Origin: Octopus vulgaris
Lineage: Eukaryota
DNA: 64,000 bases
Assembly: GCA_951406725.2 (NCBI GenBank)
Contig: OX597835.1
Location: 8,556,001 to 8,620,000, forward strand
Reading direction: 5' to 3'
Positions 12,727-26,280 of the stretch are shown in pieces (position 1 is the stretch's first letter; every line of letters starts with the position of its first letter). The notes under the pieces were generated by a model that ran no database searches, was not told the origin of the DNA, and saw nothing but the letters and a program-made list of their open reading frames with translations. A program made the position numbers and the translations under genes.

Positions 12727-14280
12727 CTACCAACACACACATATATATATATACATATACATATACATATACACACGCATATATATAGGATGTGACAATG
12801 TGTGTATGCCTCACCAACTCACAGAATAATGTTTCTGCTTCTGTCTGTACTTGTTGTGCTGTCTGTTTTCATTGCACCACCTTCCCCACTAATTCACCTT
12901 GTTGCCCCCAAGCGACTTTTTATTCAGTTACAATTTCAAAGGTGAAGAGAAGAACAGAATAATTGAATAAACAAATCACATAGAGCGAATACGAAGGAAT
13001 GTTATGAAGTCCCACCTTAATCTTCCGCAATCCTTTCCATTCCACAATTAAGTTTCAAACAACGTTTTTGTATTATTTTGTGGTCGGCAGTTGGAGACTC
13101 AAAATCTTCTTTACTACAGGCAAATCTCTCCACGACACACACCACTTAATGCAAAGCGTTGTAGATTGAATCGGCAGCTCTTGTTCTGCCTTCGGTGGGG
13201 ATTTGGCGGATTTTGATTAGGCCGAAGCCTTCAAAAGGATCCACTTAAAAAGTTGTTTTTTTGTGGTTGTCCTAACCGTAGTAGTCTTTGGTCATGTTTT
13301 CAGAGACAATCATACTTAGATCTACAAGAATTCCCGTACTTCGCCGTTTCACCTGGCGTCACCAAGAATCACCTTTGTTTATGTAACATTTTCACCAGAT
13401 CTGTTACAAGTTAGGTTGCAGACATTGTGGTGCACACATGCAAGACCTTAATGAGAACAGACTGACGAGTGCCCTCTGCATAATTTTTATAAAAGCTATT
13501 AAAGACAATTTCAAAAAGCACTTTGACTCAAAACTGCAGGTTTGGTCTTATCTGTTCAGAATAAACTTTACGGACCGTACGCGTTCGATTCAGACACCGT
13601 GTGCATTGCTGATTTGTAAGTTTACATGTAACAATTGTTATCATGTTCAGAACGATGTGGACTCTTAGTCGAGGCTACTGAGAAATTCAAACCTTCATTG
13701 CTTTCTTTTGGCAATGATAAACAGTATCTCTTCTTCTGTAACGAAGTAAATTGTGAGTTGAGCTCCTCGTGGACAGTTTCTAGTATGACGTGTTGCTTAA
13801 GATACCACTTGATGGCGAAGATGAAAGGAAAATGTACATACCCATCCATACCATTTTATTTAAGGAGGGGTGACTACGATGAAAGTGATATCGAATGGTT
13901 TGTCCACTGATACAAAATGGCGGCGAGAACTATGAGAAGTTACATGCTTATAATGTGCCAGATTTAATCAGAGGTTATATGTTGGACTACTGGGAATCAC
14001 ATTAAGTACTTCGACCCCACCACAAACAAAGGCATTATTCTAAATCTTTTTCGGTAATTTTATCTAATATTACCAATTTATGATTGTCTTGTGAAACAAT
14101 CGTTCATGTCACTTTATTCTTTGTTGTACAGATTTCAATATTTTTCCCTTTAAATATTTTTCCCCTTTTTAAATACATTAAAAAAAGAGTCCAAATAGTT
14201 TTTACACTCTCACGTATCATATATGTATATATACAGATAGACAAATAGATATATAGATAGACAAATAGATAGATAGATAT

Positions 14281-14338
<58 letters not shown>

Positions 14339-15483
14339 ATGGATAGATAGATATATAAGATCTTATTTTGAAAATTTATTAATTTATATATACTTGTAGT
14401 GGAGAAGACTGAGCAAGTCACAAGATTTTTAATGTTTCCCTGGGTACAGCTTTATTGACCCCAATGCAACCAGCCTTCTTCATTGCTTTTTCTGCTAGTG
14501 AATTCAAAGCTGTTTTACTTGCTGCCAGAAGTTCTATTTCAATAACTTCCCTCACATAGCTCTGAACCAGCAACTATGAAAACAAAGGTGTAAAACACTC
14601 GTGGAGAAGAGATGGGGACGTGCATATTGTTTCCCATTCGTCTAGATAGCGGCATGTTCGTGAGGCAGCGTACATGCATCCACAAGGGTGGAACCTGCAT
14701 TGAAGCCACGAGAACAACTATAAAAAGGTGAATCAACACACAAATCTGTAATGAAGCGTTGCTAGCCACACACTGCTTCCTTTTGAGTCGGTCAAAATAG
14801 ACCTGACGCTGGGAATAACATACATTAGCGACTAAAATACGCAACATCTCCAACTTCTTTTATCGCACAATGAGCGTCACCTTAACCAAAGTATCATTAA
14901 CGGCAGCAGATGGCAGACGCTGAGAAATTTTGTTAAATATAAGAGCTGTTTGACATTTCTGTTTAATAACAGAATATTCAACAAGTCGTCATAAACCTGA
15001 TGTTTCATTTAATCTAATTTTCTGTTAAAACACTTTTGGTTCGGATGATTTTGGAGAGAACATGTGATTAAGGAAAACAGAAGTTTAAATAATTTTTTTC
15101 CAAAACATCATCACATATCCAATACAAAAAGACCGTAAACTCAATTTAAGTGGTAAAAACTAAACTAAAGAATAGATTTATCTTTAAGAAGAAGAAGACG
15201 ATGAGGATAGGGATATAGTATGGCGGTGTATATATATAATCAATTTATTCTTGTAAACAACGCACTGGAAGCGCATGCGCAGTTACAAAATAACAGCCAC
15301 GTACAGAAAATGAATATCCTCAGTTTAGAGAGCGTAAGTAAAAGTGAAAGACATTTTTAATATGCATTTGCTGTGAGCTGACAGAGTACGATGTATGCAC
15401 ATTAATACATACGAATACTTGTATACACATTCATCAATACACCTCTTCCACGGAAACGCCTGCACACACGCACACACGCACCT

Positions 15484-15540
<57 letters not shown>

Positions 15541-16008
15541 GGCAATAAATTAAATAGAGACATACTATTGACAATCAATTCATTTATAACAAAATATAAA
15601 TATAATATAATACAATATAAGATAAGACAACATAAAAAATATATGCAAAAACCCAAAAAAAACACCAACAATTTGTCTCGACTTATATACATTATTTCAT
15701 TTATAAACAGTTCATATCCATGTATAGAAGTCTCTTCAAGGTTTGGGTTCAAACGACACACGAAATTCCAGGTAAAAGGACAACCAGATTGCAAAATACT
15801 GATTCAAAATACCTATGTTTAGGCGCGTGAGTGTTACCTATTCAGATACATAACAAGTACCATAAAAGACCAAAAACAATAACAGACAAAATAATTAAGT
15901 GAGGAAATTTTACAACTTTCAAAATGTTTCTATATCTCTCTCCTATAATATCAATTCAAATGAATTTGAGTCGAAAACAACCACTGGCTATTTTAATAAT
16001 ATATAATG

Positions 16009-16084
<76 letters not shown>

Positions 16085-16095
16085 CGACAACGACA

Positions 16096-16126
<31 letters not shown>

Positions 16127-16127
16127 C

Positions 16128-16161
<34 letters not shown>

Positions 16162-16344
16162 GTGATATATAAATAAATAAATGAAGTATCAGAGTCTTAC
16201 TAGTTTAAGAGACGGTAATAAATCGTGTAAGACAATATTTATTCTATAAACATGCCTCAGCATTTTCTAAATATCATATTTCTAATATATCAACTATTTA
16301 TTTATTTATATGCAATACTTTCAAATATATTTATAGTATATCAT

Positions 16345-16600
16345 CATCTCTTATTATATACTATAATACGCGTAATGTCCTTCCGTCCATCTGTACTCAC
16401 ATCACGGCCAAGCGGTTGGGCCAATCGGCATGAAAGTTTGTATGGGTATTCGGGGGGGTATCTAGGGTGGTCTATATATAAGTTTAGTCCCTAACCACTC
16501 CTATTTCCAGAGAAATTCAATCAATTCAGGTAACTTTTGCAACCGGAGATATCTTTGGCAGAAAGAATAAGGTGTCCTATACCCTCCTAAAGAGACATGC
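16345..16600 (+). mobile_element. Probable Helitron-like 5' fragment
   Basis: TCTTATTATATACTATAATACGCG...CCGTCCATCTGT...CGGTTGGGCCAATCGGCATGAAAGTTTG resembles Helitron/DINE-like 5' cores. No 3' end seen. Confidence 0.4.
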
Positions 16601-17644
16601 TTGACCTCCTCCTCCTTCTGCCCCTGCCTCTGTCCCACCACCACCACCACCACAGCCTAACAGAGAAAAACCATCAATTGAGGCAAATTTGGCCCCCGGA
16701 GGTAAGTTTTGTAAGAGGAATAGAAAGGCCTACCTTCTCTCGTAGAGATCAGTCCAACTTCCTCTTCCTCCCTCTGCCACCACCGCTACCCCACCCAACC
16801 TCTTCTCTCTGTATAGAGTAATATTATCGAATGAAATAATATTGGCAACCTGGACCTCTTACACCGAGCTTGAGGGTCAGATCTCTCCTTTCGAACACAT
16901 GAACATTTTCAAAACATTTTTTGCAAAATAATAGTTGATCATTTGCGAAGGAGCGTGTCTACAGTCAACACTTTGGATTTTTGCTCCGGTAACTTTTCTT
17001 ACTATGTATCATACTACGATGTATAAAACAGTGAATGACACGATATGCGTGCCATATATTACACGTTAATTAAAATGTAACAAAAGATTTTTTTCATGTT
17101 TGTTCTATAGTCTTCTCACACATAGTTTACTTGTATCTCAGCACCATCGACTACAAATAGTTTCTTTTTGATTTTGCGATGTGTTTTATCATTTGTTCTC
17201 TCTGAGACATTTTCACACAAGCCATTTCTATCATCTTGGCAATACTCAGGAATTCCAAATTATCAGCTCCACTAGTCAGCTTTCTTCGATAACTTCTTCC
17301 ATTTCTTGCAATTTTCCAGTCAAAAGAACTTCGTAATATTCTTGACTAATTCATTGACAAGAGTGGTGCGCCTCCCAATAAGGTTTATATTCACGACGTG
17401 GTTTCATGTCGGAACATCAAGGAAGAGGTTAAGATGGATGAGCAGTTTTCCTCTCTTCCAATACAATATCGCATTTGACTTTTTTTATTAGCCAACAATG
17501 GAAGCAAAATAAAAAATAATAATGATAAACATAAATCAAAGGAAAAAAGAAGTGCAGAATTAATGTCTCTTCGGAATGTTCCAGAAGACATCCTTGCGAA
17601 AAGTTTGCTGCCTTTCACAAGGATATCTGGAAGAATTACCAGCA

Positions 17645-17830
17645 TGCCGAGCGAATGCCTAGCGGCATTTTTCCCACCTTTACGTTGTGGGTTCAAATTT
17701 CACCGAGGTCGACATTGCTTTTCATCCTTTCGGAGGTCCATTACGTAAGTACCAGTGAAGTACTGGAGTCGATGTGATTGACTTGCTCTATCCCCAACAA
17801 ATTGCAGGCCTTGTGCCTATAATAGAAATC
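17645..17830 (+). mobile_element. SINE family D, diverged
   Basis: GGTTCAAATTTCACCGAGGTCGAC...TTTTCATCCTTTCGG...AAGTACCAG. Confidence 0.72.
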
Positions 17831-18266
17831 TTTATTTTCATTATGGCAGTGCCTTCATTGACCTTTTTCAATTATATTTGAAGATGAAAGTGAGGGTAGA
17901 GAAGAAGGACTGTCTTCGAATAATTGTATTGTAAGTGCTATGAGTATAAAGCTGTGAGTCGGAGAACAAGAAATGGAGAGAGAAGTTGCCCTCAGGGTTT
18001 AGAGGGAAGATCCTGGTTTGGTCCTTGGGTCCCCTTGTTTAAAAAGGATCTCATCCCTATCACCATTGACTTTTCGCTGATCTATACTACTACGTAGCCC
18101 TTATTTTATTTTTGTTTCTACTGGAAATTTATAGAAAATCTTGCTGTAACTTTCTAATTTTTGAAATATGAGTCCATCCAAAGTAAATCCCAACGCTTTA
18201 TGTTCGTCTTCGTATTGTTCCCCTCATCCGTCACCCAACTGGAGAATTGTAAAATTTATAATTTTT

Positions 18267-18311
<45 letters not shown>

Positions 18312-18469
18312 TTCTTCATCATCTTCTTCTTCTTCTTCTTCTTCTTCTTCTTCTTCTTCTTCTGCTTTTTCTTCTTCTTCTTCTTTTTCTTCTTCTTCTT
18401 CTTCTTCTTTTTCTTTGTAGTAGTAGTAGTAGTAGTAGCAGTACCACCACCACCGCCAGCAGCAGCATC

Positions 18470-18512
<43 letters not shown>

Positions 18513-19076
18513 AAATATTCTCATTTTCTGTTGTGTTTTTCTTTATGAAATTTTGCTTGCAATATTTATTATGAAAATAATCTGCAATGCGATAACTTCG
18601 TGAAGACGGAGAACCAATGTAAATATAGGTTTTTACAAGAGGTGCGGCTGAGGTGTTTTAGGTCAAGGGTGGAAGGGAAAACACGGTTTGAAGTACTTTC
18701 AGTTTGCTTATTTTAGTTTGTAGGGATGGAAAAAATAAAACGAAACACAACGAAGAACCTAATATTGTATTTCTGTTTTGTTTGGTGATAAATCTGTTTG
18801 GAAGCTGTTCCGTGAAAGGCCGCGACAGAGTGGTGACGGAGGCGCAGCACCGAAGCCATGGAGAATTGTGTATGTGTGGAGATAGAGATGTAAGATTTTT
18901 GTTGAAAGAAATGATTCTAAGGTTATTATTGTAATTGAGAGTGTTCTTATACAAAAATATGATTGGTGAAGTAAACATTGAAATGAGGTCAATACATTAG
19001 TAGTGCGAAAGGGAGTTCATATTTAGCAAAGAATTATTTCTTTTTACTTGATTAACTCATGACTAATTGTATTATT

Positions 19077-19463
19077 GTGGAGGCGCAATGGCCCAGTGGT
19101 TAGGGCAGCGGGACTCGCGGTCGTAGGATCGCGGTTTCGATTCCCAGACCGGGCGTTGTGAGTGTTTATTGAGCGAAAACACCTAAAAGCTCCACGAGGC
19201 TCCGGCAGGGGATGGTGGTGATCCCTGCTGTACTCTTGCGCCACAACTTTCTCTCACTCTTACTTCCTGTTTCTGTTGTACCTGTATTTCAAGGGGCCGG
19301 CCTTGTCACTCTCTGTGTCACGCTGAATATCCCCGAGAACTACGTTAAGGGTATACGTGTCTGTGGAGTGCTCAGCCACTTACACGTTAATTTCACGAGC
19401 AGGCTGTTCCGTTGATTCGGATCAACCGGAACCCTCGTCGTCGTCACCGACGGAGTGCTTCCA
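19077..19463 (+). mobile_element. SINE family B, full length
   Basis: Near-identical to the 10078 copy; TSD aattgtattatt. Confidence 0.9.
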
Positions 19464-20459
19464 AATTGTATTATTAGTTGACAATGTGTTTTCAAGAATA
19501 AACAAGTGAATTTATGGAGTTTTAGTTGATGAAGAATTAATTTAGTTGAAAACGATAACTCATATTGACTAAAACTCGTTTATTAAGTTCTTATCAGGTT
19601 TTAGTGCACTAATTAATACCAGAACTTATTTATTATTGAACGTGTAACATAATTTTGAGTGCTGAATTATTCACAACTTTGATATTAAATATCTCTTCAC
19701 TTGATGCTTTGCAGTCATCGATCATTAATCAATATTAACGTTATCTTCTACAGTATTTTCTCCCATGCTGTCCTCGGTTGGTCACCTCTACAGTACAAAT
19801 GATCATGACTAAACTTTGACATACCTATTATGAAACCTCCTTGTCATAAGATCTAACTTGGCAGTCCCTACCTATGTCTCCTCTGTGCCCTTTTTTTACT
19901 TGTTACTATATTGTATTATCAACATACCGTCGTCAAAACGAGAATTCAAAATGTTCATAAAGAGAATGCTTTGATCATTCAAAGGTCGACTCGAGCTCTT
20001 TAACCTGTGGTTAAACAGTGACTATCAACATTTATAATATTTTCACCCAGCATTCGTAGGCAATTCGTGTTAAATGTTTTTTTCTTCTTTCGATGCAGTT
20101 GTTGACAATAATCAAATTTATGTTAACGTATTTAATACAGGAAACCTTAAACTGGTTATAAAAAATAATTATGCGATGAAAAGAAAATAATATTGAATTA
20201 CTCAGAACATTTGAATTATTTTGCTAGCATGTGACAAAACAACGGGCATATTTGAGTCTTATTAGACCTCCTCAGTCGCTGAGGTGGTGAGAAAGGGACC
20301 AATAAATAAATGCAAATTATTGCAAATGAATGGAAAAGGACATTATATTGTCGAGAAATTAGGGCAGCGTCCGATAATTGTTTCTTAGTAATATAATTAT
20401 TTGTAATTAGCTTTTTAATTGTTATTGCATTACGCGTAGTAACAATATTGATTTCAATT

Positions 20460-20662
20460 TTTGGCAAAAGAACAGCAATTCTGGCAGAGAAAATAAATCG
20501 ATTACTTCAACTGCCAGTGCTCGACTGGTACTTCATTTATCGATGCCGAATAGATGAAAGGCAAAGTCGACCTCGGCGTAATTTGAACTCAGAACATAAA
20601 GCTGGACAAAATGCTGCTAAGTAGTTTCACCGGTGTCCTATCGATTCTGCCAACTCGCTGCC
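20460..20662 (-). mobile_element. SINE family D, diverged
   Basis: CTGGTACTT...GATGAAAGGCAAAGTCGACCTCGGCGTAATTTGAACTC. Confidence 0.75.
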
Positions 20663-21147
20663 AAACATATAATAATAAGAATTCGACTCTTACCTGTAAC
20701 GCACCACTGCACTTTGGGTATAATTATGGTCCAGCCTTCGGGAAAGTCAGCATGGTGCATCGAACATCGTATCTGACTGATTTCGCTCCACACTGTAGGG
20801 AAACTTCACTTTCAATATTCAATATACGATAATATTGCAATTCTTGCATATCTGTGCACCGTTTTGATTTCGGGGTAGCAGTTCTGTTGTTTTGAAGGAT
20901 AGAAGTGTTTCACATCCTCTCAGAAGAAATCACTACTTGTTGCTGTTGATTGGGTTGACTGAGTGTTCCTTTAATGACATCAAACATTTCACATTTAATA
21001 AATTGTGTGGCCACAGAAATATTTAATAAATTTTCTTTATACAATACATTTATGTTCAAACGCCTCAAAGTGTATATTCTGCAGCACTTCCGGTCCACTG
21101 AAGCAAAGTGTCAAAAAGTTAAATATCTTTCAATATAGACTTCAGAA

Positions 21148-21234
<87 letters not shown>

Positions 21235-21236
<2 letters not shown>

Positions 21237-21436
21237 CGGGAAGCTTTATGAAAATAAACAAAAGACGAAGGCAGGTGGAATACAAACAAACAATTGTATT
21301 AGTATGGCGCTCAGGAATATAAATAAAACATGTCTTTTACGTTTCGAGTCTACGCTCTTCAACAGAAAGATACACAGAAAAGAAACACGGAGAGAAACAA
21401 GGAGAGAAAAAAATGCGTGCAGAAGCTAGCGAATCA

Positions 21437-21437
<1 letters not shown>
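21235..21437 (-). mobile_element. ~200-bp Penelope pLTR-like element with degenerate hammerhead motif
   Basis: Minus strand TCTTT-CTGTTGA-A-GAG-CGTAGA-CTC-GAA-ACGT-A-AAAGA. Homologous to 36825-37020; abuts (TA)n. Confidence 0.6.
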
Positions 21438-21479
<42 letters not shown>

Positions 21480-22384
21480 TATGCCGTCACAAGTATTGAC
21501 GAACGGGTAAGGTGTTTGTCTGGAAATAATATAGTTTCGTGTTCGTGTGAATTAAGTTGACGGAGACTGTATAGAAACCGGTTGGTCATTCACTGACTCG
21601 GCTCCGTCACACTCCGTCTGCGGCGGAGTAATCTGCACATCTGCAGACTACTGAGTCGCAATCATACGTGGATGAGTTGAACATTTAAAAAAAAGTTTTT
21701 ATTTTAAGTTTTAAACATTTTAAATGTTTTAAACACATCATTTATTTCATCTCAACCATTGTTAACTCAATGCGATTTAGTTCTTGTTTTATAAGAATCT
21801 GTCTGATTTCAAACTAATTTTGGAAGGAATTGTAATGTCTTTTGTTTCATCCAACGAAAGTAAATATTTTCGTTCAAGTTTATTTCTTTAAAACGAAATA
21901 AGATTTCATAGTCTAAAATTTCTCAATGTTGACATTGAAATTATTGTATTTTTCTTTATATATCTACATTTTTAATATAAACAAAAATTAATGTTTTATT
22001 AACACATTTTAATATCATTCATGTGTGACTGAATACGGGGTAGTCGGAGTTAAATTTCCTGCAATAATATTTGTTCCCATTTTTCAAAAATTATTCCAAT
22101 ATATCTTTGGTAAAAATAGAATTTTCCTGTTTAATTAAGAATGTGCCATCGATATTATCACATCTCTAGCCTATCCAACCAGATTAAAGAAGGAAATTCA
22201 AGGTAGCCACATTAACTGCTAGAAGTGGCAGTCAAATTATCCTCAATATGCACCATATTTTCTTTATAAAAATTAATACAGTCTGGAGTCTACTAATTTT
22301 GAAATCATACGGGATGGCCATAGATTGATTGCCTTTTATATTCTAAAACTGTGCAATACAACAAGGCTGACTGTCAGGAATATG

Positions 22385-22705
22385 CATCCACATCTTTTGT
22401 AAGAAACAACCCTCCTTGGACAAGAAAAGGGCAAAACATATTTATTCCAAGAATTTCCACTGATTTCAGCAGACATGCTCTTTGAATTCAAGAGACTTTG
22501 CAGGAAGAGTTAGTTTTGCGATGTCAATTAACAAGAGTCAAGGACACCCACTCAGAATTGTTGGACTTTACTGATGCAGGAGCAGTGCTTTTCCTATGGT
22601 CAACACTATGTTGGTTGTTGCAGAGTTGGTAATGGCAACGATCTCTTCAAACTCGCACCAAATGATAAAAGCAAAAACTTTGTTTATCTTGCTATTTTAC
22701 AGTGA
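22385..22705 (+). pseudogene. Helitron RepHel PIF1-like helicase C-terminal remnant
   Basis: With frameshifts it reads IFIPRI.LISADMLFEFKRL...VSFAMSINKSQG...QCFSYGQHYVGCCRVG...KNFVY*. These are PIF1/Helitron motifs FAMTINKSQG and FSHGQLYVAxSRV. Confidence 0.85.
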
Positions 22706-22765
22706 TCTCAAAATGTCACAGCGGTACGGGTAGTTACACGATGTGGTACATGGGTATAATATATT

Positions 22766-22996
22766 ATTCTTTACTACCCACAAGGGGCTAAACACAGAGG
22801 GGACAAACAAGGATAGACAAATGGATCAAGTCGATTACATCGACTCCAGTGCGTAACTGGTACTTAATCTATCGACCCCGAAAGGATGAAAGGCAAAGTC
22901 GACCTCGGCGGAATTTGAACTCAGAACGTAACGCCAGACGAAATACGGCTACGCATTTCGCCCGGCGTGCTTAACGTTTCTGCCAGCTCGCCGCCT
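22766..22996 (-). mobile_element. SINE family D, full length
   Basis: Reverse complement of the 23345 copy. Confidence 0.88.
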
Positions 22997-23024
22997 GCAT
23001 GAAATTCTGGGTACAGAATGGTGC

Positions 23025-23270
23025 GTGCAGGTGCGTGGCTAAGTGGTTAGGATGTTGTAGTTATGCTCGTAAGACTGCGGATTCTTTTTGCGGGGCCGGG
23101 GAATGCGTTTTGTGGTTGAGCGAAACCATTCAGATTATGCTTCCTCGATCCCCGCAGTTGACAAAAATGTGACATCCTGCGACGGAATGGCGTTTTGTCC
23201 AGGACTGGGAAATACATAGGATACGGAGTCCGGAAAACTGGCTTTATGGGCCTATGGACCGGGAAGGACC
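23025..23270 (+). mobile_element. Old tRNA-SINE with CORE-like and V-like segments
   Basis: GGTGCGTGGCTAAGTGGTTAGG head; CCTGCGACGGAATGGCG...TGTCCAGG resembles a V-domain block. Heavily diverged. Confidence 0.5.
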
Positions 23271-23344
23271 GTTGATTGCTTTATATAATGGGGTAAAGAT
23301 ACGTAACGATGTCTAGCTATATAACGTTGAGTGGTTATAGATTA

Positions 23345-23578
23345 AGGCGGCGAGCTGGCAGAGACGTTAGCCCGCCGGGCGAAATGCGTAGCTGTATTTC
23401 GTCTGCCGCTACGTTCTGAGTTCAAATACCGCCGAGGTCGACTTTGCCTTTCATCCTTTCGGGGTCGATTAAATAAGTACCAGTTACGCACTGGGGTCGA
23501 TATAATCGACTTAATCCGTGTGTCTGTCCTTGTTTGCTCTCTCTCTCTCTGTAGCCCCTTGTTGGTAGTAAAGAAATA
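23345..23578 (+). mobile_element. SINE family D, full length
   Basis: GGCGGCGAGCTGGCAG head; TSD ggttatagatt. Confidence 0.88.
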
Positions 23579-23902
23579 GGTTATAGATTTACAAGTCAAA
23601 AACCCTCTATAGAATTATGTTTATTATTTAAAACGTATCTTATGTCTTGTAATTATCGTTGATTTGCCTTTAGCCTGAAATCTTATATGTTGTGCTAATA
23701 TTTCATCTGTCAATGGTGAGAATTCTGCCTGAGGCATAAATATGATGACGTCCGCGTGCTGAGTGAAAGTTCTACTTACTTCCCAATAATCTACAGTCTA
23801 ACAGCTGCAGCAGCTTTTGTCTTTAGTCAACATTCTGATCTTCATTAGCGATTACTGTGTCACCGTATATATCAAATAGGTGCCACGATGCTACTGGATC
23901 CG

Positions 23903-23964
<62 letters not shown>

Positions 23965-23965
<1 letters not shown>

Positions 23966-24965
23966 GAGTGAGAGAGCAGTGCATGTCATCAAAGTGACAC
24001 TGGGGTAAAATATACGAAGCCCAGTATACCCATCATGACTACCCGTCTGATAAGGGTGCACCAGGCACATGCATCACAACTATATGTGCGCAACATGGTG
24101 ATCTCATATCACGATAAACAGCACATGACCTTGCGGGTGGGGCCCAGTTAGAATTTTCTTCACGTCGAGTAGCCCATCCGTTTCAAGAGGACCCTGAATA
24201 GGGCTTGTTGTAAGGATGATGAACAAAACATTAATGTTTCCAGAAGTGAATTATTCAAACCCCGAAAGCTTTCCCTCAGCATATGGCTATGATGCTCCCC
24301 CACTACTTCTGCTCGTGATCAGAGATGCACATATCGTCAGCCACTGAGGGACATCCTCAACTGGTTACGGTCAAACAACTGACAAGCAAATCTGTGGTAT
24401 TGAGCAGAATATTTGCTGTAGCCCATCTTTTATACTAAGACAAAACAATGTACATGATAACACTTCCAATCAGTCAAGATGAGAAGCCATCAGACCCACC
24501 GCCTGATACTGGTTCCCGTAATACACATGCATGACAACAATATGTACGTGACATAGTGATTACATATCCAGATAAACATTCCATGACCTTGCAGGTGGAC
24601 CCAGTTAGAATTTTCCTCAAGTCGAGCAGCCCATCCCGCTCAAAGGGACCCTGATTTAGGTGTGTTTAAGAATGATGACCGAAATAACTATATTACTAGA
24701 AGTGAAATATTTGAACTCCAAAGAATTCTTTTGAACAAATGGCTATGATGCTCCCCCACCACTTCTACCCGTAATCAGAGATGTGCATATCGCCATCCAC
24801 TAAAGACATGCACAAATGCTTAAGGTCAAGCAACTGACATGCAAATCTGTGGTATTGAGCAGAATATTTGCTTACACAAAGACAAAACACGTACGTGAAA
24901 ACACTTCCAGCCAGTTCAAATCCGAAGCCATGAGAACCACTGTGTGGTATTGCATAAAGGCATAT
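23965..24965 (-). mobile_element. Two tandem copies of a retroposon 3' region with (TAA)n tail
   Basis: 23965-24510 and an older copy at ~24515-24965 share CATGACCTTGC..GTGG..CCCAGTTAGAATTTTC and GCAAATCTGTGGTATTGAGCAGAATATTTGC. An inverted copy lies at 35795-36225. Confidence 0.75.
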
Positions 24966-24966
24966 A

Positions 24967-25069
24967 TTCTTCTTCTTCTCCCTCTTCTTCTTCTTCTTCT
25001 TCTTCTTCTTCTTCTTCTTCTTCTTCTTCTTCTCCTTCTTCTTCTTCCACTTCTCCTTCTTCTACTTCC

Positions 25070-25100
<31 letters not shown>

Positions 25101-25156
25101 CTTCTTCTTCTTCTTCTTCTTCTTCTTCTTCTTCCACTTCTCCTTCTTCTACTTCC

Positions 25157-25187
<31 letters not shown>

Positions 25188-25216
25188 CTTCTTCTTCTTC
25201 TTCTTCTTCTTCTTCC
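24967..25216. repeat. (CTT)n polypyrimidine microsatellite with higher-order duplication
   Basis: Directly visible; the interrupt CCACTTCTCCTTCTTCTACTTCCACTT occurs twice. Confidence 0.97.
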
Positions 25217-25735
25217 TCCCATCATCATGGCCGTCAGCCTGTGAAGTCATACATGTTGGAGCTCCGTAAATTGTGTTCAATCAAACATTTCGGCTGCTTT
25301 CAGCCCGTTTATTAAAAATTTTATTTCACCACTATTTTGCATGTATTGTCTGGATCGTGGTGGTAACGAGTTGTGTAATTGCACCCCTTTTTGGGGGTAT
25401 CTAATAATTGTTATGTATTTTTTTTTTCTGAAGTCAGTATTTTTTAATTTCTCCAATTAAAAAAAAATGTCGGAATACGAAGAAATATTAATAATTAACC
25501 AAGAATCAGTGTTCTGTTGAAACTCCAAAGACAAACGTAGACGAAAGGGCAATGAATTCCTCGCCAAAGAGAAATATAATTTACTCTTGTTGCTACAACG
25601 AGAGTAACAGGTGCAAAAGTACTAGCAGCAACGATAATGACGACGGTGACTAAAGCAGCAGCAGCAGCAGCTGCATTACCACGAGATAGGTAAATACATC
25701 GACGCTAGTGCTCAACTGGTACTTATAGTATCGAA

Positions 25736-25966
25736 GGCGGCGAGCTGGCAGAAACGTTAGCACGCCGGGCGAAATGCTTAGCGGTATTTCGTCTGCCCGT
25801 TACGTTGTGAGTTCAAATTCCGCCGAGGTCGACTTTGCCTTTCATCCTTTCGGGGTCGATTAAATAAGTACCAGTTACGCACTGGGGTCGATGTAATCGA
25901 CTTAATACCTATGCCTGTCCTTGTTTCTCCCCTCTGTGTTTAGCCCCTTGTGGGTAATAAATAAAT
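25736..25966 (+). mobile_element. SINE family D, young copy nested in an older antiparallel copy
   Basis: 19-bp TSD tggtacttatagtatcgaa (25717-25735 and 25967-25985). Confidence 0.9.
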
Positions 25967-26079
25967 TGGTACTTATAGTATCGAACTCAAAGGGTTAGGA
26001 GGCCAAATCGACCCCAGTGACATTGGAACTCAGAACATATAGCCGCCTTTACTATATTATCTAATATTGGCTTCGATGT

Positions 26080-26280
26080 TTGGCACAAGGTCAGCAATTT
26101 TGGGGAGGGTGTAAGTTGATTACGTCGACCCCAGTTTTCAACTGGTATTTATTTCTCAACCACGAAATGATGAAAAAGAAAGCCGGCCGCTGAAAAATTT
26201 GAACTCAGATGATAAAGACGGACCAAATGTCGCTAAGCATTTAATCCGGCGTGCTAACGATTCTGCCAGCTCACTGCCTT
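26080..26280 (-). mobile_element. SINE family D, diverged
   Basis: TTTGAACTCAG...CCGGCGTGCTAACGATTCTGCCAGCTC. Confidence 0.72.

Noticed and set aside
13438-13910. Cys-containing ORFs that hint at a CACTA/EnSpm transposase (…SERC…)
   Set aside because: The similarity is too weak to call by eye; a tBLASTx or HMM search is needed.
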